From contig CAVUXE010000029.1 in NCBI GenBank assembly GCA_963745235.1, forward strand, positions 32,001 through 96,000: a DNA stretch of 64,000 nucleotides. Reading direction: 5' to 3'. The notes beneath the pieces are model-generated. The model was not told the DNA's origin. It did no database searches and was given only the letters and a program-made list of their open reading frames with translations. Shown piece after piece: positions 62,213-64,000 of the stretch; the stretch's first letter is position 1, and every line of letters starts with the position of its first letter. The translations under genes were made by a program, and so were the position numbers. Origin of the DNA: an uncultured Spirochaetota bacterium. Its GTDB lineage: Bacteria > Spirochaetota > Spirochaetia > SZUA-6 > Fen-1364.

Positions 62213-62296
62213 GGCGATGGCGGAAAAGTTTACTTTGAAGAACGCCGCGCATACCTTATAATTGACCGAGGATCATGCAGGAGGAGGAGGCAAGAC

Positions 62297-63061
62297 ATGG
62301 CTGTACATCTGTATCTGTCTATGATTCCAGAAGCTCTGATCGCCTCGATGCTGCCGCCGCTTGATTTCGGCGTCTATTACGCGGTCGGCACGGAGAAGAA
62401 ATCACGAGGCCAGGCGCAGTTCTTCAGCGTCAACCGGAGTTTCCCCAGCGACTACTTTCCGCTGTCGGAAATCGAGTCCCGCACCGTGCCCCACGCGGAC
62501 GGTCAGCCGAAGCACTCGGTCTATCTTTCCGTCTACCGGGTCCTGGAGCACGTGCCCATCTCTGCAATCGGAAACCTCTATCTTGCCACCCGGGACGGCC
62601 GGGTGCTGGAGATCGCCCCGTCGAAGAGCCTTCCCTCCTTCTCCCGGGAATACCGCATGTACCAGGAGATCTGCCCTATCATGCCGCGCGTTGTCAGCAG
62701 CCTGGATCCCCGGGAGTTTGCCGCCTTCATGACGGACTCCAAGCGCAGCATCCACGTTCCCGTGATCTTCTTCGCGGAGCTGGGCCTTGGGGAGCTGGCA
62801 AAGGACCCTGAGAAAGGCAGCACGAAGAACCTCCCGTACGGCTCAATCGAGCACCTGAGGGCCTGCGTGAAGGAGCTCGGGACCCAGCCGCACAAGAGCA
62901 CAAAGACGGTGGACCGCAGCCCTTCCGGGGACTTCCCCTACCGCACGGTCCAGGACGGCTTCTACCTCGGCAACGGCAAGGAGCTGGTGTACTATCCCAT
63001 GCCCTCCGAGCAGGAGCTGCAGACCACCCACTACATCTGGTGGCGTTCGGCCTCCCTGTAG
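62297..63061 (+). CDS. Hypothetical protein
   Basis: Clean 254-aa ORF with a strong GGAGG RBS and an upstream TATAAT. No motif recognised. Confidence 0.75.
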   Translation: MAVHLYLSMIPEALIASMLPPLDFGVYYAVGTEKKSRGQAQFFSVNRSFPSDYFPLSEIESRTVPHADGQPKHSVYLSVYRVLEHVPISAIGNLYLATRDGRVLEIAPSKSLPSFSREYRMYQEICPIMPRVVSSLDPREFAAFMTDSKRSIHVPVIFFAELGLGELAKDPEKGSTKNLPYGSIEHLRACVKELGTQPHKSTKTVDRSPSGDFPYRTVQDGFYLGNGKELVYYPMPSEQELQTTHYIWWRSASL

Positions 63062-63094
63062 AGGCGGCGGGGGAGCGAGGTCGCTCGGGCGGCA

Positions 63095-64000
63095 ATGAAA
63101 GAAGAGCTGGCGCTCTTCGGCGGCGAAAAGACGGCTCGCGACCCGTTTCCCCCCTGGCCGCAGTTCGCGGAGAAGGCCCTCACGGATGCGCTGGAGCCGC
63201 TGCGAACGGGCCGGGTCGGAAGCTGGTCCGGCGGCCGCGGCAGGGAGCTGGAGACGCGCTGGGCAAAGTGGGCGGGGTCGGCGCACGCGGTCTGCTGCGC
63301 CAGCGGGACCGCGGCGCTGCACGTGAGCCTCCTTGCCCTCGGGGTCACTGACGGGGAAGTGATCGTTCCCTCCCACACCTTTGCCTCCACGGTGCTCGCT
63401 GTGGTCCATGCGGGCGCCGAACCGGTGTTCTGTGACACAACGGAGGACGGCACCCTGGATGCGCGCGGGGTTGAGCAGCTCATCACTCCCCGCACAAAAG
63501 CCATCCTCGCGGTGCATCTCTATGGGACGGTGTGCGCCATGGACCGCATTGGTGAGATTGCGCGCCGCAGGGACCTCGCGGTCGTGGAGGATTGCGCGCA
63601 GTGCGTGGGGGGCGAGCTGAAAGGAAAAAAAGCGGGGACCCTGGGGGATGCGGGATGCTTCAGCTTCTCCCAGGGGAAGCACGTGTGCGCGGGAGAGGGC
63701 GGCATGATCGTCTGCGACGATGAAGGCACGGCCGCGGCCTGCCGTTCGCTCTGTGACTACGGCCGTGAGCAGACAGAGGCAGGCGCGGACGGTGAGGCCC
63801 CGGCGCACGTGCGCGCAGGGTTCAATTACCGCCTCACGGAAATGCAGGCCACCATTGCGCTTGCTGAGCTGGAGAGGCTCGACACGTGGAACCTTCCGCG
63901 CAGGCGCGGGTATGCGAAGATCTATGATCACGCCTTTTCGCAGTTGTACGGCGTGCGGGGCATCCCGTTGAGCTCCGCGGAAAGGCGCAACGCGTACTGG
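63095..64000 (+). CDS. DegT/DnrJ/EryC1/StrS PLP-dependent aminotransferase (runs off the right edge)
   Basis: Manual translation: MKEELALFGG..SGTAALH..PSHTFAST..VHLYG..EDCAQ..CFSFSQGKH..GEGGM..GFNYR. Confidence 0.92.
   Translation, partial: MKEELALFGGEKTARDPFPPWPQFAEKALTDALEPLRTGRVGSWSGGRGRELETRWAKWAGSAHAVCCASGTAALHVSLLALGVTDGEVIVPSHTFASTVLAVVHAGAEPVFCDTTEDGTLDARGVEQLITPRTKAILAVHLYGTVCAMDRIGEIARRRDLAVVEDCAQCVGGELKGKKAGTLGDAGCFSFSQGKHVCAGEGGMIVCDDEGTAAACRSLCDYGREQTEAGADGEAPAHVRAGFNYRLTEMQATIALAELERLDTWNLPRRRGYAKIYDHAFSQLYGVRGIPLSSAERRNAYW

Overview
High-GC bacterial chromosomal window. It most likely comes from a free-living Spirochaetia genome or MAG; this is inferred from a FlgD-Ig/OmpA lipoprotein, metG-femAB linkage, omptins and many lipoproteins. 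Many genes, including housekeeping-type ones such as cysK, copA and oppA, are split by 1-bp indels, which most probably reflect long-read errors, so split ORFs were rejoined by eye. From left to right the window holds: (1) a lipoprotein, an efflux adaptor and a signal-peptide-bearing Pcm; (2) a ~14.6-kb sugar/polyol catabolic island bounded by a 25/26-bp direct repeat tied to IS91-like remnants and carrying a decayed ISKra4/ISLre2-like IS with a 9-bp TSD; (3) sirtuin-metG-femAB-omptin, kduD and an NHL lipoprotein; (4) MFS-glucose dehydrogenase-glucoamylase; (5) an OmpA/Ig lipoprotein, copA-csoR-YHS and a peptide ABC transporter; (6) TetR plus two SDRs; (7) a sulfur cluster (metAA, DUF4395-thioredoxin, two Rrf2 regulators, metY, cysK, an atypical mnmA, ThiF-like, SufS-like) followed by lysA; (8) a second omptin, leuB-like, a divergent xylose-isomerase-like gene, an NqrF-like reductase and a DegT aminotransferase. 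No rRNA, tRNA or CRISPR array was seen. The best candidate for an undescribed system is the sulfur regulon: two Rrf2 paralogs (one Cys-less, one Cys-rich, both ending in a CysK-binding-like Ile tail), a shared palindromic operator, DUF4395-Trx and a MnmA lacking its third conserved Cys. The orphan-sugar island with a UroD/MtaA-like enzyme is the next best.
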